Shown here piece after piece: positions 63,021-64,000 of a stretch of 64,000 nt of DNA. Location of the stretch: assembly GCA_037379345.1 (NCBI GenBank), contig CM074511.1, forward strand, positions 16,492,001-16,556,000, read 5' to 3'. Every line of letters begins with the position of its first letter. Positions within the stretch are counted from its first letter, which is position 1. The notes beneath the pieces are model-generated. The model saw only the letters and a program-made list of their open reading frames with translations, was not told where the DNA came from and did no database searches. The position numbers and the translations under genes are program-made. The DNA comes from Perna viridis. Lineage: Eukaryota.

Positions 63021-64000
63021 TTTTCCACATATGCGCATGATACAATTCTCGCCGAGGGACAGCTGTCTGAAGGTCAATAGTACAAGTTTTGCTTAACGAA
63101 TAGAAGTGGTCTAACAAACCTTTCTACTTGGAATTCTTTTATTGGGAAAGATTCGCGTATCTACATCGGCAAGTAGGATTTAATCATTTTGTGTAAATGA
63201 AATGTACGACACTGACGGATCCAGATTTTTTATTAAAAAAGGATGCGACGGATCCAGTCCAGAAATTTGTCAAAAAACAAGGGTGATACAGGCTATCATT
63301 CGCTTATTTGTTTCCTTTTTGCACAAAATTTTCCTATTAAAATGGAAATTGAACTCCTGGACCCTCCACCTTAATCCACCACGGCAAGAAACCAAATCAG
63401 TTACGTACAATATATACATCTTAGTTACATGTAAATATTTTGTGGATTTAAGGCAGTTTTTGGCCTATATACACGTTCATATACCATGGATATCCTCCCA
63501 GAGTATTTTGACGTTTTAGTGGTAAAAATTGATAAAGTAAAGAAAACTCGTAAGTATATACATATATAGAGACTCTTTATATGTATATGCTAATGATATC
63601 TTTACGATTTTTCTTTATTATCTTTTTTCACCTTTTCACCACTAAAACGTCAAAGTAGTGAGATTCTTCTTGCTGCATGTTCATATTCCAAACTTATTGA
63701 CGTTTTTTAACTTGACCTATACTCTTTACGCCCATATTGCAATCTACGTAAAAGTACCAGACAATAAGAAACCGTTCACTCAAAGGATGTAGAAAATGTT
63801 TCTAAGTAAACAACAATACCTATATGCATATGTAAGTCTTTTCAGACACGAAAATGATGCCTATAGATTTAAAGGAACTATCAAAATGTGAAATTGTTAT
63901 TACAGCTATCGTCTCTGCAAAGACACAAGGCTTCAGAATCTTTGATGATAATAGTTTCTTACGTAGAGGGTATTATCGATAAACTTTCATCACGATATAT

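Overview
AT-rich animal genomic DNA with GT-AG introns. The repeat content looks molluscan, probably a bivalve (inference). Bases 1-36.2 kb hold a tandem array of six SLC46/PCFT-like MFS transporter genes; five are complete and the first is cut by the window edge. All six share a 4-exon plan: about 1.1 kb, 84 bp, 157 bp, then a short variable tail. Every visible N-terminus carries a [DE]xxxL[LI] endolysosomal sorting motif, and the putative proton-coupling acidic residue is replaced in two copies. Bases 38.4-47.1 kb hold two paralogous two-exon genes for 109-aa secreted 10-cysteine prokineticin/astakine-fold proteins. These lack AVIT but share an internal RKR|LI(L/F)GD site. The rest is transposon-rich: a nested BEL/Pao > Penelope-like > SINE stack, a very young full-length Gmr1-type Gypsy element (integrase before RT, SCAN-like gag, tRNA-Leu PBS, 5-bp TSD), a decayed near-full-length LINE, CR1 fragments, MITEs and hairpin elements. 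Exon boundaries, alignments and RNA folds were read by eye; no database search was run.
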